This document shows, in pieces, positions 54,494 to 55,577 of a DNA stretch of 55,577 bases (within the stretch, counting starts at the first letter, position 1; each line of letters opens with the position of its first letter). Under the pieces are notes generated by a model. That model saw only the letters and a list, made by a program, of their open reading frames with translations, had not been told where the DNA came from and made no database searches. Location: IMG/VR virus record IMGVR_UViG_3300030110_005976, positions 1 to 55,577 of that record. One strand, 5' to 3'. The stretch is from a virus. Taxonomy: Duplodnaviria; Caudoviricetes. The position numbers and the translations under genes were made by a program.

Positions 54494-54797
54494 TAATCTT
54501 ATGTATAACTTGTGGTTTCTGTTCTGGGGCAGTTCTATTAAAACGTTTCTTTGCTTCGTCTACATTGTATGAACCAGCCTCAGTCATAACTGTAACGCCT
54601 TTATTGCCAGAGGCAGTCTCATTGATTGTCATAGGACCCGGCTCATCATTGTAGTCGTCAATAAGATTTTGAATTAAGTCCACAGGTCTGTCAAGAGCCT
54701 TTGCTACAGCATCAATATCCATACCATTACTCAACATTCCCTCGATGCAAAACTTTTCAGTTTCAGTAAGCTTTTTTGCTTTAGATAATTTTCCCAT
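54486..54797 (-). CDS. Small HTH-containing protein
   Basis: MDIDAVAKALDRP HTH-like segment; ATG at 54797 preferred over TTG at 54836. Confidence 0.55.
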   Translation of the reverse strand: MGKLSKAKKLTETEKFCIEGMLSNGMDIDAVAKALDRPVDLIQNLIDDYNDEPGPMTINETASGNKGVTVMTEAGSYNVDEAKKRFNRTAPEQKPQVIHKINE

Positions 54798-54798
54798 T

Positions 54799-55200
54799 TT
54801 ATAGTTCCCTTTCTGAATTGCGTAACCAAGCAACATTCTTTGTTCTTAAAAAGTTAATGTAAAAATCAAATGCCTTCTTAGGCACTTTCTTTAGCTCCCA
54901 CTCCGGGCGTCCAGCGTGACGTAATTGTTTACGCTCTGTGCCTTCACTATATAGTCCGATAGGATTGAAAACTTTACCATGTCTACCAATCTTTATGTAA
55001 TATCTATCTCTAGTTTCATCTGAGCTAGACTTGGCGTGAAGATAAACTGGATCAAAGCCATCTGAATGCAGTCTAGGAAATCCTTCTTTGTCGATCCAGT
55101 CGTGCTTTCCAAAGATTGTATATAAAATATCATCGCTTTCAGTATGCTGTAAGCTTTCATTGTTATCAGGTCTGTCAGCGTTTATCTTAAAATTACTCAT
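54799..55200 (-). CDS. Hypothetical protein (133 aa)
   Basis: ATGA overlap with the upstream gene; FDFYINFLRTKN..WL..SER C-terminal motif. Confidence 0.7.
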   Translation of the reverse strand: MSNFKINADRPDNNESLQHTESDDILYTIFGKHDWIDKEGFPRLHSDGFDPVYLHAKSSSDETRDRYYIKIGRHGKVFNPIGLYSEGTERKQLRHAGRPEWELKKVPKKAFDFYINFLRTKNVAWLRNSEREL

Positions 55201-55577
55201 CTGTTTTTCTTCCTTCTTTTCTTCTTGGGTTCATCTTTTGTCCACTTGACTCCACCGTCTGGCTTTTCCATTCTGCTCATACCTTCGGGAAGTTCAGCAC
55301 CACCCTGAACCTTTTTGGTCTTAAAGTCACGCTTCATATCTTCACATTTCCACTTACCGTACTTCTTGCTTTGCTTATCGGCGTAGTGCCCTAAAGTTTT
55401 TGCCTCTGAGACAGAGAAGTTATATGCGCCATAAACATTATCTTCTTCATAATCTCTATGTACTGGCTTTATCTTTTTGCAAGAAGGGCATTTCTTCTTG
55501 TCTTTATATTCAGATCTATGACAAAAGATTGACCATCTATGGTTGCACTCGTCACAAATGTAGCTGTATTCAGGCAT
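55197..55577 (-). CDS. FmdB-family zinc-ribbon protein
   Basis: MPEYSYICDEC...CPSC signature. Confidence 0.85.
   Translation of the reverse strand: MPEYSYICDECNHRWSIFCHRSEYKDKKKCPSCKKIKPVHRDYEEDNVYGAYNFSVSEAKTLGHYADKQSKKYGKWKCEDMKRDFKTKKVQGGAELPEGMSRMEKPDGGVKWTKDEPKKKRRKKNR

Noticed and set aside
1-55577. tRNA, rRNA or structured ncRNA genes; prophage att sites; a firm host assignment
   Set aside because: Intergenic gaps are short with no cloverleaf or rRNA signatures, there is no integrase, and the host cannot be determined from this sequence alone.

Overview
The window is a fragment of a large, AT-rich tailed dsDNA phage genome (Caudoviricetes; no integrase, tRNA, rRNA or host housekeeping genes seen). 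It has two convergent blocks meeting at a bidirectional terminator near 32.7 kb. The + strand (1-32705) is a virion morphogenesis module: fibre/beta-helix proteins, neck proteins, a duplicated-domain tail tube protein, a membrane protein plus an actin-fold ATPase, putative chaperones, a 3871-aa tape measure protein, tail-tip/hub proteins and a run of Cys-rich genes. The - strand (32761-55577) is a replication/recombination module: RecA-like recombinase, DnaB, DnaG, dNMP kinase, Cas4/RecB-like nuclease, a DnaE split into two genes around a DEDDh exonuclease, and a minimal sigma factor, followed by a cluster of eight glycosyltransferase/nucleotidyltransferase-like and associated genes. The strongest candidates for new biology are: (1) a volactin-like actin with an adjacent membrane protein inside the tail region; (2) the intein-free split DnaE; (3) three adjacent genes sharing a CxC-x3-GxC-x14-C motif after Cys-rich tail-tip proteins; (4) a nuclease-like and Pro-rich cargo in the tape measure protein; (5) the glycosylation cluster; (6) apparent complete CCWGG avoidance. 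All family calls come from motif recognition by eye; no database searches were run.
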